64,000 nt of DNA, from assembly GCA_013239625.1 (NCBI GenBank), contig MU054400.1:1037146-1101145 (forward strand), given 5' to 3'. The DNA comes from Lama guanicoe (lineage: Eukaryota). The notes beneath the pieces were generated by a model, which did no database searches, was not told where the DNA came from, and saw only the letters and a program-made list of their open reading frames with translations. A program made the translations under genes and the position numbers. Within the stretch, counting starts at the first letter, position 1, and the number at the start of each line of letters is the position of its first letter. Below, in pieces: positions 13,780 to 24,722 of the stretch.

Positions 13780-15330
13780 TCTCCCCGTGTCTTACAGGAG
13801 GTTTTGTTCGCGATTCTCCATGACTTCGGTTTCCCTTCCTCCGAAGCCGATTGTTTTCTCCTCGAGCTGCCTTCCCAGCTTCAAGCCTCCCCGAAATATG
13901 CCTCATTTTCAAGTTCCCCTTTCGCTCCTCACCCCTGGGGCCTAACTGCTTTACAGTGAACTACTGAGGGCCCAGCCCAGATCCCACAGGCCGGGGTTCC
14001 GCTCTTCGCGCTCACCCGCTTCCTTACAGACCTTGGATTCCGTTCCGGCTCCCTGATCTTTGAACCCTATCCTCTGGGCGCCTCGGCCTTATCACCCAGT
14101 CCCGGCCGCTCACCCCTCACCTGTAGGCCCTGAGCGTCGCTCCCAGCTCCCGGCGAGGCGGACGCTTTCCGCTTCCTGCTAACTGCTTTCCGGGCCATAG
14201 TGGGCAGCGCCGCCGCGGCCCCGCAGCCACATGAGGCGGGGGAAGCGAGGGGGAGTAAGACGGCGGGTCATATACTGGGCCCCGGGGACGCGCACCTTAG
14301 TGCGCCCGGCCCGGAAAATGGCCCGGACTCCGGGCGGTAACTGAAAAAGGGGAGACAGGTAGAAGGGAAGGAAGGAAGGTGGATCGGGACCGGGACCGGG
14401 GCCGGGAAAGGGAAGGGGAGAAGAAGGGGAGGCAGGAACCCGAAGCTTTCCGACGACCGAACCTGGAAAGGACGGCGAGCGGCTGGAACCAAAACACCCC
14501 CTCCCCTTCGCCCGCGCTCCGTCACCCTCGCGCAGCCGCACTCCGCAGCACGTCGCCAGGGAGATGCCGCCGGGACTAGAAGGGCGGGACTTAGGGCTCC
14601 CTGTACAGTTCCGGGCTGTTGCTTAAAGTCCAGGCCGGCCGCCCTTTCTCAACGGTCGCCTGGCTGCCGCTGGACTCCAACGACCTGGGAGCAAAGGAAT
14701 CTAAGTTCTGGCCGCCGACCTCGGAACCCCGCCCGCCCATCCGCAAGCACCCGGAAGTAAAGACGTTTAACCTCGCTCTGGGACGGAATCTCTCCCGGCA
14801 CGCCTTTACCCCGCAGTCGCCACTAGTTATCTTCCTTTGAGCGCTGCACGTTTCCTCGAACTTGTTAAACCCAGCCCTGGCGCCAAGGACTGGACTTTGT
14901 GGAGGAGGCGTAACTTCCTCCCCTTATTCGGCTTCCTCCCCTTATTCGGCAAGGTGGAGACCGGCTCGGAATCCACACCAACATGTCCAAGAATTTCCCA
15001 CTGTAGAGAACCTACCCTGTCCAGCTCTGTCAGCTCAGGTCCCGCCAGCGCCACCCCTAGGGCCTCTTGCCGTCATCTCCTCACTCCTAGGGAGCCCTCA
15101 TGCTCTCTTCTCCACTCAGTCCCTACCCTCCGCTGGCGTCCTCCCCCACGTCTGACCCTCCCTGCTACCCTAACAGCTACAGCACTTAAGTCACCAGGTT
15201 CCCTTAATTGCTGCGTGGGGCCTCGCCTCCCTTAGGAGTCCCGTGACCTGCCGGACACACTGTCTTTTGTACTCTATGAAATAGGCGTCCAGCCTTAATT
15301 TATGTTTCTTACGTCTCCCGTGCAGTCCTA
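13780..15330. promoter_or_regulatory. DCAF12: DCAF12 CpG-island promoter and 5'UTR
   Basis: GC- and CpG-dense. GC box GGGCGGGAC at ~14582, ETS site CCGGAAGT at ~14751, YY1-like AAAATGGCC at ~14315. Confidence 0.85.
14121..14198 (-). CDS. DCAF12: DCAF12 coding exon 1 (DDB1- and CUL4-associated factor 12, WD40 substrate receptor)
   Basis: Minus strand reads MARKAVSRKRKASASPGAGSDAQGLQ from ATG at 14198, followed by donor GTGAGG at 14120. This matches the recalled DCAF12 N-terminus and lies in a CpG island. Confidence 0.96.
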
Positions 15331-16484
15331 AACTGTGGACTGGAACAAAGGACTACCACTGCCTGCCTCTCAGGACCCGGGTTACACCTCTATCAGGACA
15401 GATTGAGTGAAATTTTGAATCACAGAGAGTAGCCTTTGACTTATTAGTCCAGTTAGGGCTGGCACTGGTCACCAGATAAGGGGGCTGCTTCAGGATCACC
15501 CTTGCCTGCATTTTCGGAAGATTTTGTAGGGATTAGAGCGCCAGCCTCCACTTTCCTCAGGCAAAGAAATCCTCTGAGGAAGCAGGAAGCTCTTGCTTGG
15601 GGCATGCCAGCCTCAGGCTGTAGTGCCCAGTTACCTGCTGATCCCTTCAGGCTTCAGGCCTCATACCTCCAGGGAGCTCTGTTGGCCCATCTGAAGTTCT
15701 GCCTACAAGGAGATTTGGATTTGTTTTCCAAGCTGAACCAAAGACCAGATTGAGACAAGGTCCTCCGCCATCCCAAGTCAGCACTGCCACTAAACCCTAA
15801 TGCCACCTTGGGAAAGGCAGCCCCATCTTACTTGGTCAGACCTATCCCTTCAGAGACATACACACAGTAAGTGGGTCAGAAGTGGGTCAGCTTCCTTTTT
15901 TGAGCTTGTTGTTCCAATTCTGTCTTGCCTCACAATGCCCTGGATGATCCAGGAGCCTATTGGGCAGGAGTCTGGAATTCCTTTGAGAATCTCTAGGCTC
16001 ATGCTAGGCTGTGCTTGAATCCTGGTCTCTTCTGCTCATGTCAGAGGCTGTAGGCTCATCCTTGAGGTTGGTGCACTTCATCTTGACATCCCAGGAACTT
16101 TTCTTGAATGCACCTTCCAGCAGAGCTCACCATTTCTATGGAAATCACATATACTGAAGATTCAGTTGGAAGTTTGAAAGTTTACAGTTGCTTTTAAAAG
16201 ACTAACAATACCAAGTATTAGGGAGGGTGTAAAATGACCAGAACTCTTATACATTACTAGTGGATGTATGAATTGGTACAAATAATTAGGGAAAAAATTT
16301 ATGGCAGTACCAACCAAAGCTAAACAACGGTACCTTATGATCAAGCAGTTCTACCTCTGGCTATGAACCCAACAGAGGTGAGTGTTTATGTCCACCAAAA
16401 GACATTTACGAGAATATTTGTAGCAATTTTATTCATAATAGCCTTAATTGAAAATAGTTCAAATGTCAATAGTGAAAAAGATAA

Positions 16485-17097
16485 AGCAAGGGTTCCCATG
16501 TTCTCATCAGGTTCAATAATTTGCTATAATGGCTCACTGAACTCAGGGAAATAAATACTATTACTGGTTTATTATACAGGATACTATAAAGGATACAAAT
16601 AAAGATGAAAAGTTACATCAGGTGAGGTCGGGAAGGGTCCTGAGCACGGGAAGGTCTGTCCTCATTGAATTTGGGCTGTGCCACTCTCGTGGCACATGGA
16701 TATGTTCACCAACTTGGAAGCTCTCCAAACTCCATAGTTTAGGGTTTATATGAAGGTTCCATTATCGTAGGCAGGGTTGATTAAATCATTGCCCATTGGT
16801 GATTAGCTCAGTCCTCTTCCTGGAGGTTGGGAGAGGGTGGGGCTAAAAGTTCCAACCTTCTAATCACATGGTTGGTTCCTATGGCAATCAGCCCCGATGT
16901 TAAAGTTATCTAGGGGCCCATCTTGAGCTACCCCATAAACATAAACTGAAATATGGTTGAAAGGGATTTCTGAATAACAAAAAAGCTGCTCCTCTCACCA
17001 TTATCACTTAGGAAATTACAAGAGTTTTAGGAGCTCTTGTACCATGAACCAGGGATAAAGACTAAATACATATTTCTTATTATGTTGTAATGTCACA
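16485..17097 (-). mobile_element. MER21-like LTR inserted in an old L1 3' region (~16200-17290)
   Basis: GATAATTTGCTA-like, GGCACATGGATATGTTCACCAAC and AAAGTTCCAACCTTCTAATCACATGG motifs. L1-like sequence on both sides. Confidence 0.65.
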
Positions 17098-17499
17098 ATC
17101 ATAGAAGTCAGAATAGTAATTGTTCTTGGTGATTACTAGTAGGGAAGAGAACCCAAGGAAGCTTCTGGTGTGCTGAAAATTTCTATATCTTGACCTTGGT
17201 GATGATTATACTAGTGTACACATATATAAAATTTCATCAAGTGGTACATTTAAGATTTGTGCAGTTTATGTAAGTATACCTCAATATAAAGAAACATAAG
17301 TTATTTCACCTGGTTCTTCCTCTGTACTTTATAAGAGACAATCAGGCTAGGAAGGGAAACATTTTTTAACCATAGCCATAGGCTGAAATTAACCTGAGAT
17401 GATGACACTGAATTCATCATTTTGCCCTCAGCTTTACAAACAAAACAGAAATAATCTCCAGACATATGAAAATCAGAAAATTGCCTTTCTCTCCCAATT

Positions 17500-18300
17500 C
17501 TCCTAACCTCGCCACACACACTCACACATTTGTTCCATCACCAAGTCCTATTTATTTTACCTTATAAGTATTTTGAGTCAGTTCACATCTGCCGATTAAC
17601 CCGAGATTAGTCCAAGTCTGTCACCTATTGGTTGCATCATTTGTGAAGGTCTCCTAAACGGACCATCAGCATCCATTCTGACCTCTTTTGTTATGCTTTT
17701 TTAATGCAAATTTGAACAAGTCACCCCCATTCTCACCTCCAGGTTAACTTTCTTCAGTGTCTTTCTCTTAGACTTTGGATAAAGAGAAAATCCTTAATTT
17801 GGCCTATGAGACCCTGCATGATCCCTCCTAACTTGACTCCATCCATATCTCATACCATACTATTCCTCCTTTTTCAGCTTCAGTCATACTGGCCCTTTCA
17901 ATCTTTCCTAAGCAAAATGCTCCCTCCTGCCACAGGGTCTGGGAACAGCTTTTCTGCCTCTCTTTTTGTTGTAATACCTAGTCATCCTTCAGATCTCTAA
18001 GTTAAACATTACTTCCTTAGCAGAGTGTTCCCTGGCCTCCTTGACAATTGTAATCCTTCTCCTCCCCATGACTCAGTTTCATAACACCTTGTATTTCTCC
18101 GTTACAGTACTTAATAAAGTTAGAATTTTACATTTATTTGTATGATTATTTGATTAATGTCTGTCTCCCCCTCTAGAATGTGTGCTCCTCAAGGGCAGGG
18201 ACTATAGCTATTTTTGCTACCATTATATCTCTAGTGTCTAGCACATGCTAACACTCAGCAAATATTTGTTGACTAAATAGATAAACTAACGAATGAATAC
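17500..18300 (+). mobile_element. L2 3' end
   Basis: CATCACCAAGTCCT...GTCTGTCTCCCCCTCTAGAATGT...CTCAGCAAATATTTGTTGA. Confidence 0.75.
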
Positions 18301-18774
18301 ATTTTGAAACTTCTTCCCAAGATTAAGAAATGTCCCTTGTTTGCCCACTCATTCCAGCATCTAATAAGAATCATTCATTTTTAGTAAGTAATTTCTTGGA
18401 CTCAAGCTCACCTTTTCTGTGACTGGTTCTGTCCTACCATCACTCATCTTTCAGTTTGGCTGAGATACTCTTCCTCTGTGCCTCCACAGGACCTTTTCAT
18501 GGATAATTTGTCACACTGTGTTATAATGGTCTCCCACTATGTCTGTCTCTCCCACTAGCTTGAGAGCTACTTGAAGGCAGAGGATACCCTTATTCATCTC
18601 CACATCCCTAGTGCCTGAGAAGGCACCTAGCATATTTTATGCATTCCCTAAATGTTGAATGATTGAATGAAAGGTAAGTCAAATGTATGTTTTATAAAGT
18701 CCTCTAGGTATGTTCATGGTAGGGTTAACAGTAGATATAGGGAAGAGACTATCATAAGAACAATGCTGCACTCA

Positions 18775-18858
18775 ACTTAGCCGTAAACCTAGCTCTCAAC
18801 CAAGCCCTAATCTTAGCTCTAACCCTACCCCAATTACCAACCCTAACCCTAGCCCTAA
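18775..18858. repeat. Degenerate (CCCTAA)n telomere-like tract
   Basis: About 14 six-nt units ending ccctaa ccctag ccctaa, followed by a poly-A run. Confidence 0.6.
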
Positions 18859-20837
18859 AAAAAAAAAAAGACGACTAATGCTTCAATAACTTGCTTCCAG
18901 ATTCTTGGGTAAATCTATTTCCTTATTTTAAATAGCTTTTTTTCCCTAATTAAAACATAATATATACTCAAAGTAGAAACTTGGAAAGCAAGGGAAGAAA
19001 AGAAAGACACAAAAGCAAATCCCATAATTCCACCCTCCAGATAACCACTCTTTACATCTTAACGTGTGATCATCCGATTCTTTTTTTGTATTTAACTGTA
19101 TCTGGGTCTATATATCCATATATAGTTCTTTTTGTTTTTAATTGAAGTTGTTAGTTTACAACGTGTCAATTTCTGGTGTACAGCATAATGCTTCATATAT
19201 AGTTCTTTCCAAAAAGATTTCAAACTATACTATTTCAAAGTTTTAAATAAAAACCCCAACAATTTCCATCTTCTTCACTTCCACCCCTCCAAATCAGTCT
19301 TCGTAACTATTCCATCACAATGCAATGTGCTGCAGGAAGTCCATCAATGGGCAGGGGAACCCAGGACCTCCTCACCTCTTACCTTCTCTATGTCTTGGTC
19401 TTGCAGGAAGAATAAATAACAAGAAATACTATAAAATACTTTGGACAAATTGAATTGTGTTATACATTCTTACTAACAGTAGTTCCTCTTGTTTATTTGC
19501 ATAGATTCTTTGGAACAAACAAAGCAGATGTTGCCAGAACACATTTCCCTTAATGTGTTGGCGTTAATTAATTATCCTTGCTGGCAAAAGACTCAGGAGG
19601 AAAGCATTTCTGTTAGGAAAAGCATTCAGGATTTTAATTTATACAAACCTTAACAAAATATAGCAAGAAAAGACCTGGAAGACACAAGAGCATATACTGG
19701 CACAGATAGTAAGTGCTTAATAACTGCTCTCTGGTGATGTAAAGATGTTCGAAGTCTCCAGGGCATGTGAATGGTAACTATTTCACCCCTGTGGAACTAT
19801 TTTTCAGATTCTGAGGCATAGAATATTAAAGATAGAAGATATTAAAACAGCTCATCTCATTAGACTCACACTTTTATAGAAAACTGAAGCCAAAAAAGTC
19901 ATGTAGGCAGACAGCATATGAGAGATAATTGGAACGGGGGACCTCTGCTATGTTTTCAACTCTGCCACATTAAATATCTGGGTCCAGTTGAAGTTGTAAC
20001 TGGTATTTACTTTAGCATTTTCCTAGTGTTCTCACATTTTCTTCTTATTCAGAAACTGAAATATTTTATCCAGAACATCAACTACTTTAAGAGCATTTTA
20101 TGTATAATATGAGCATTTTATGTATTTTATGTATAATTTGACACACACTGATAGAAATTGTATTAATTACAGATAATTTCTAACCATTCAGGAATTGATA
20201 GTGGGTAAATTATCCAGGTTCCTTACTTTCTCTTCCTTCTTGTCCTTAAACAATCTCACTTTTATTTGCAATCTCAGTAAGATTAGAAAGGAAAGGAAGA
20301 GATGAAACTTTTCTACTTACAAACCCAAGCAATTTATTTGGAAAAAGAAAAGAGAAAAATGATTCATTAAAAAATATGTTTCACGGTATCTACCTTCTTC
20401 ACACTTTTTCCAAATGCCTAATTGGGGGTTAAATATAAATATAAGAATCTTAAAAGAATACTGTGTACAATTTTGTTGAAGATCTTCTACCAGCTGTATC
20501 TATTGCCTCAAATGCAAGGCAATCCTGATATAAAAACAAACACGCAGGCGTCAACTAATGATAGAAAAATAAAATGACTTACAAAGTGGAACAAGGATTC
20601 TCTTATCATAAGATAATTACATAATAACATTTTTGTTCTGGTAAAATAAGTAACAAATATCCAGAAAATATTGTTAAAACTGAGTTGTAAATGCAATAAA
20701 TATTTTTGTGATTTCCTTCCATCTATGGGTGTGTTTATGTTGTGAAATAAATGGTAGATAAAAATTTCCCCTATTGTTTAAACTTAATGTAATATTATGA
20801 GAACTTCCCCATGTTATTTATACATATATATATATAT

Positions 20838-20972
20838 TTTGGGTGTTTTTTTTGCAGGGGGGAGGTAATTAGGCTTTATTTATTTATTTATTTATTTAGT
20901 GGAGATACTGGGGATTGAACCCAGGACTTTGTGCATACTAGGCATGCACTTTACCGCTGAGCTGTACCTCTC
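20838..20972 (-). mobile_element. Vic-1-like SINE
   Basis: Same SINE head in reverse orientation, with a (TTTA)n tail. Confidence 0.88.
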
Positions 20973-21070
20973 GTATATTTTTTGAAAACATAATTTGTAA
21001 TGCTGAAAAATAATTTAACAAAAGAATGTACCATAATTTAACTATTTCATTATTGTTGGATTTTAGTCTG

Positions 21071-21195
21071 TGTATCAGGCAGAGGTCTCTAGAGAGAAAG
21101 AAGCAGAGGAAATACATATATACATATATATATATATAGTATAAGTATATTAATATATAATTATAATTATATATATATAAATCTGAGAAGAAGAG
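21071..21195 (-). mobile_element. MLT2 (ERV-L) LTR, left part, with an internal TA-rich microsatellite
   Basis: TGTATCAGGCAGAGGTCTCTAGAGAGAAAG followed by a TA-rich tract resembles the reverse-complemented MLT2 end. It continues at 32401. Confidence 0.75.
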
Positions 21196-21677
21196 TGTGG
21201 GGAAACAAGTCAACATGTCTCCTTGAGAACAAGAAAACAAGAAGTTCCCTTGTGGGGGCCTGGGGAGCGGCACGGAACTTAGGTGTTTCCTGAGGGCAAG
21301 CATTGCGGGTCTCTGAGCCATGCAAGAGCAGAGAACCGCTCCGGCACATACACAATGCCTTTGCCTAAGGGTGTCATTTAAGTTTTTGTGACGTTCGTCG
21401 GCCCCTTCACAAAGGGCCCAGATGGAGACATAAAGATGATTAATACTGCTTTGCTACGCTTTGAACACTGGGGGTTGTAGATTACTATCACTGCATTGAA
21501 TTATTCAAAGTTATTTCCTGCAGCACGATGACAGTAAATACGATGCGAACCAGCCATTCGAGGCTCTTGATCCTTGAGATCTTGAGTCCCCTGGTCGCGT
21601 CTTTGACTCTCTGTGTGATTCTTATGTTCTCCGGCACCCGTCCAAAAGCAGGAACCCTTGTTGCGCTGGAAGCCACA
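21196..21677 (+). repeat. 5' LTR of the betaretroviral provirus
   Basis: Runs TGTGGGGAAAC...GCCACA. Direct repeat of 31899-32400. Confidence 0.96.
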
Positions 21678-21679
21678 AG

Positions 21680-21697
21680 TGGCGACCAAACAAGGAC
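21680..21697 (+). other. Primer binding site, tRNA-Lys3-like
   Basis: TGGCGACCAAACAAGGAC matches 15/18 to the Lys3 PBS TGGCGCCCGAACAGGGAC and starts 2 nt after the LTR. Major splice donor CG|GTAAG follows at 21791. Confidence 0.85.
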
Positions 21698-21825
21698 CTG
21701 AACGGAGGAAGATTCACCGGAGTGAAACCGAAACTTGGGAAGTGTCGGAGAGCCCCGAGGGGAGAAAGAGGCCTCAAGAATCCACTGCCGGTAAGGATTG
21801 TCTCGGGCAGTTATTCAGAGTAATC

Positions 21826-23456
21826 ATGGGAAATGGACAAAGCTCAGCGCATTGTAGACCCTATGTGTGTCTTCTGAGGCAGCTTCTCAAGGCAGGAGGA
21901 GCAAAGACCAGTGAAGGTCGTATCCTAGAATTGCTAATGGTTATTGACAAGCATTGTACATAGTTCCCTACTCTCGGTATTTTGGATTTACGTACTTGGG
22001 AGAGAATGGATGACGAATTGAAGAAGCTGCATGCTAAGGGGGTTTCTAGTCCCGTCTCTATCTGGCCTACGTGGACTCTGATTAAGTCATTCTTAGAGCC
22101 CTTACAAACTCAGGGAAAGCCAAGCGATAGTTCCGATAATGAAGAGCGTGAGCCTGACCCTCGCGGTCCCGAATATGCCATACCAGAAGGAAAGGCGCAA
22201 CCTCTTGTGGCGATCGCCGAGCCTGGGGAATCGATGTACCCCGCGGCTCAGAGAAGGGAGGAAGAAAATAGTTGGCCTGCCCCTCCTCCCCCTTTTCCTA
22301 TCCCCATGTGTCCTCCAGCTAACGGAGAATCAGGACAAATACAACCTAATTTATATGGCAACGGAAATAGCCTCTCCTCGGTACAGCAAGGAATACTGCA
22401 AGCCAGAAGAGAAGGGGATTCGGATGCATTTAAGATAGCAATTCCTGTGACTGTACGTGAAAGAGTAGCCCCTGGGGTGGATCCTAAAACTCCTCGGGGT
22501 GTTTATGAGGCTGTTCATGAGCCCTTCCCATTTAAAGTTATTGAAGAGCTGAAACAGGCAGTGCAAAATTACGGGGTAAACTCCCCATTCACCTTAGATA
22601 TTGTTCAAAATGTGGCTGACGGATCTTGCTTCATCCCCGCTGATTGGCAAGCTTTGGCCCATACAATATTAGCTCCTGCTCAGTTTCTGCAATTTAAGAC
22701 CTGGTGGGCTGACCACGCAGAAACCTTGGCTGCTCATAACCAGGCTCGAGGCCTTCCCATTTTTTTCGATCAATTAATGGGTTTAGGCAATTGGGGCCAT
22801 GTTGCTGATCAACTTCCTATGGATGATCTGGCAGTAGAACAGGTGAGGGGATGCTGCTTGAGAGCTTGGGAAATAATAGCGGCGAAGGGACAAATACCCA
22901 CTTCCTTTCAGAAAATCACCCAGGGACCTAAAGAACCTTATACAGAATTTATAACCCATTTACAGGAATCAATCAGGAAACAAATTAGTAATATTGAAGC
23001 TGTAGACACTTTTTTACAACTTATGGCTTATGAAAATGCAAAGGAGGACTGTAAGAAAGCCATTGGCCCTTATAAAGGTAAAGACACCTTGAATGATTAT
23101 ATAAAATTATGTCAAAGTGTGGGGACAGAGAATTTTAAGGACTCTGTGATGGCACAGGCCGTGGCGGGATTGAAGCTGGGCCGCTCCTTCCCTGGAAAAC
23201 GTTTTAACTGTAGTCAAACGGAACATACAAAAAAGGAATGTAGAAAGTCTAAACAGAACAAACCCCCACCCAATAATAAGGTTAAGGGTGATAAGCAGCA
23301 TGGTCAATGCCCTCGCTGTGAGAAAGGCAACCATTCTGGGCAAATCAATGTAGATCTATTTTTCATAAAAATGGGATTATGCTTCAGGGAAACTTCAAAA
23401 GGGGCTGGCTCCAAGCCCCACAACAGAAGGGAGCCTTTCCCCCTCAGCTGGCCTAG
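21826..23456 (+). pseudogene. gag: gag (MA-CA-NC), disrupted
   Basis: Starts MGNGQS (myristoylation-type). Premature TAG at 21961. Major homology region ITQGPKEPYTEFITHLQES. Zinc knuckles (R)FNCSQTEHTKKEC and CPRCEKGNH/WANQC, with a 2-nt frameshift at ~23335. Native stop TAG at 23454-23456. Confidence 0.95.
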
Positions 23457-24328
23457 AACCGAAACTACACTGCAGTGTCATGGAATTATCCCCAGCCACA
23501 GCAGAGAGTGCAGCAGTAGACATCCCCTGCCTAAAGTCATTTATTTTGATGCCTGGAGAAGAGCCCACTCTGATAAAAAGGGACATTTATGGCCCTTTGC
23601 CCTCGGGTACAGTGGGTTTATTATTGGGAAGATCGAGTCTAACCTCTCAGGGTGTCCGAGTTCATACCAGAGTGATTGACAGTGATTATATGGGTGAAAT
23701 TAAAATCATGATGTCTTCCGCCAAGCCATGGAAGGCTGAGGCGGGAGATCGGGTTGCTCAGATTTTATTATTACCTTTTTGTCCTTTAGGAAAAAGTGAT
23801 AAGCTGCAAGGTGATAAAGGTTTCGGCATGGGTGAGGCAGGGGTGTTTTTAACAGAAGAGATTTTGTATTCTCGCCCTGTCTGCACTATAAAAATACAAG
23901 ATAAAACATTTAAGGGCCTGATAGATAATGGTGCTGACATTTCTATCATTAATTCACGTTACTCACCTGCCCGATGGCCTACACAATTGGCAGATATTGA
24001 CGTGATCAGTCTTGGTAGGGCCCAAGGGCTAAAACGCAGCAGTTTAATTCTTAATTGTAAAGGCCCTGATGGACAATCAGCTAAGATACAACCTTATGTT
24101 GCAGAACTACCTATAAATTTATGGGGCAGGGATTTACTTCAACAATGGCAAGCCAAGATATACATCCCTCCTCCTTGTCAGTATAGCACCCAAAGTCAAG
24201 CTATGATGGCTCAACAGGGGTATCTTCCTGGATTAGGTTTAGGAAAGGAAAATCAAGGTATTACTCAACCACTTGAACCTAAAGCATATGCTAATAGAGC
24301 TGAAACTGGTTATCACCCTTTATCTTAA
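23387..24328 (+). CDS. pro: pro frame (dUTPase - aspartic protease - G-patch), stop-free but with mutated catalytic motifs
   Basis: Open from slippery site GGGAAAC to TAA at 24328. dUTPase motifs SAAVD, GRSS, VIDSDYMGEI, RVAQ and GFG. Protease LIDNGAD (DTG changed to DNG) and NLWGRDLL. G-patch MMAQQGYLPGLGLGKENQGI. Confidence 0.9.
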   Translation, partial: GKLQKGLAPSPTTEGSLSPSAGLEPKLHCSVMELSPATAESAAVDIPCLKSFILMPGEEPTLIKRDIYGPLPSGTVGLLLGRSSLTSQGVRVHTRVIDSDYMGEIKIMMSSAKPWKAEAGDRVAQILLLPFCPLGKSDKLQGDKGFGMGEAGVFLTEEILYSRPVCTIKIQDKTFKGLIDNGADISIINSRYSPARWPTQLADIDVISLGRAQGLKRSSLILNCKGPDGQSAKIQPYVAELPINLWGRDLLQQWQAKIYIPPPCQYSTQSQAMMAQQGYLPGLGLGKENQGITQPLEPKAYANRAETGYHPLS

Positions 24329-24722
24329 AGGCCACTGTTCTTAAAAGTCACCATGATGTTCATGTATAACTGAAAAATTGTGCTCTACAGTGGAATTTGA
24401 CACATTGTGAAATGACTATAACTCAATAAAAAAATGTAAAAAAAATCACCATGATTTTCCCAGACCAATCCCCTTGAAATGAAAAACTGATGTCCCTATC
24501 TGGGTTGAACAGAGGCCTTTGACAAAAGAAAAGCTAGATGCTGTAAACAGTTTAATACAAGAGCAATTGGAAAAGGGACATATTGAAGTCATTTAGCCCT
24601 TGAAACTCTATCTTTCCTATTAAAAAGAAATCATGCAAATGGAGACTTCTCATTGATTTGAGGGGAATAAACTCCATGATCCAACCCATGGGACCTTTGC
24701 AGCCTGGACTGCTCTCTCCTTC
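24316..24722 (+). pseudogene. pol: pol N-terminus (RT fingers), disrupted and truncated by the ERV1 insertion
   Basis: Slip site C CCT TTA at 24316-24322. Translation includes [23 protein letters not shown] and [34 protein letters not shown]. Confidence 0.92.
24358..24440 (+). mobile_element. 5'-truncated L1 3' stub inserted in retroviral pol
   Basis: AATAAA and A-tail. TSD AAAAGTCACCATGAT (24343-24357) / AAAAATCACCATGAT (24441-24455) at a TT/AAAA site. Matches the L1 end at 44393-44480. Confidence 0.92.

Noticed and set aside
14268..15235. Overlapping GC-rich ORFs near the DCAF12 promoter (also 54906-55781)
   Set aside because: Stop-codon depletion is expected in CpG islands, and there is no recognisable homology.
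21982..23679. 565-aa ORF as an intact or domesticated gag gene
   Set aside because: It starts at a TTG downstream of a premature TAG (21961), lacks the myristoylated N-terminus, has Cys to Arg in knuckle 1, and its last ~115 aa are out of frame after the shift at ~23335.
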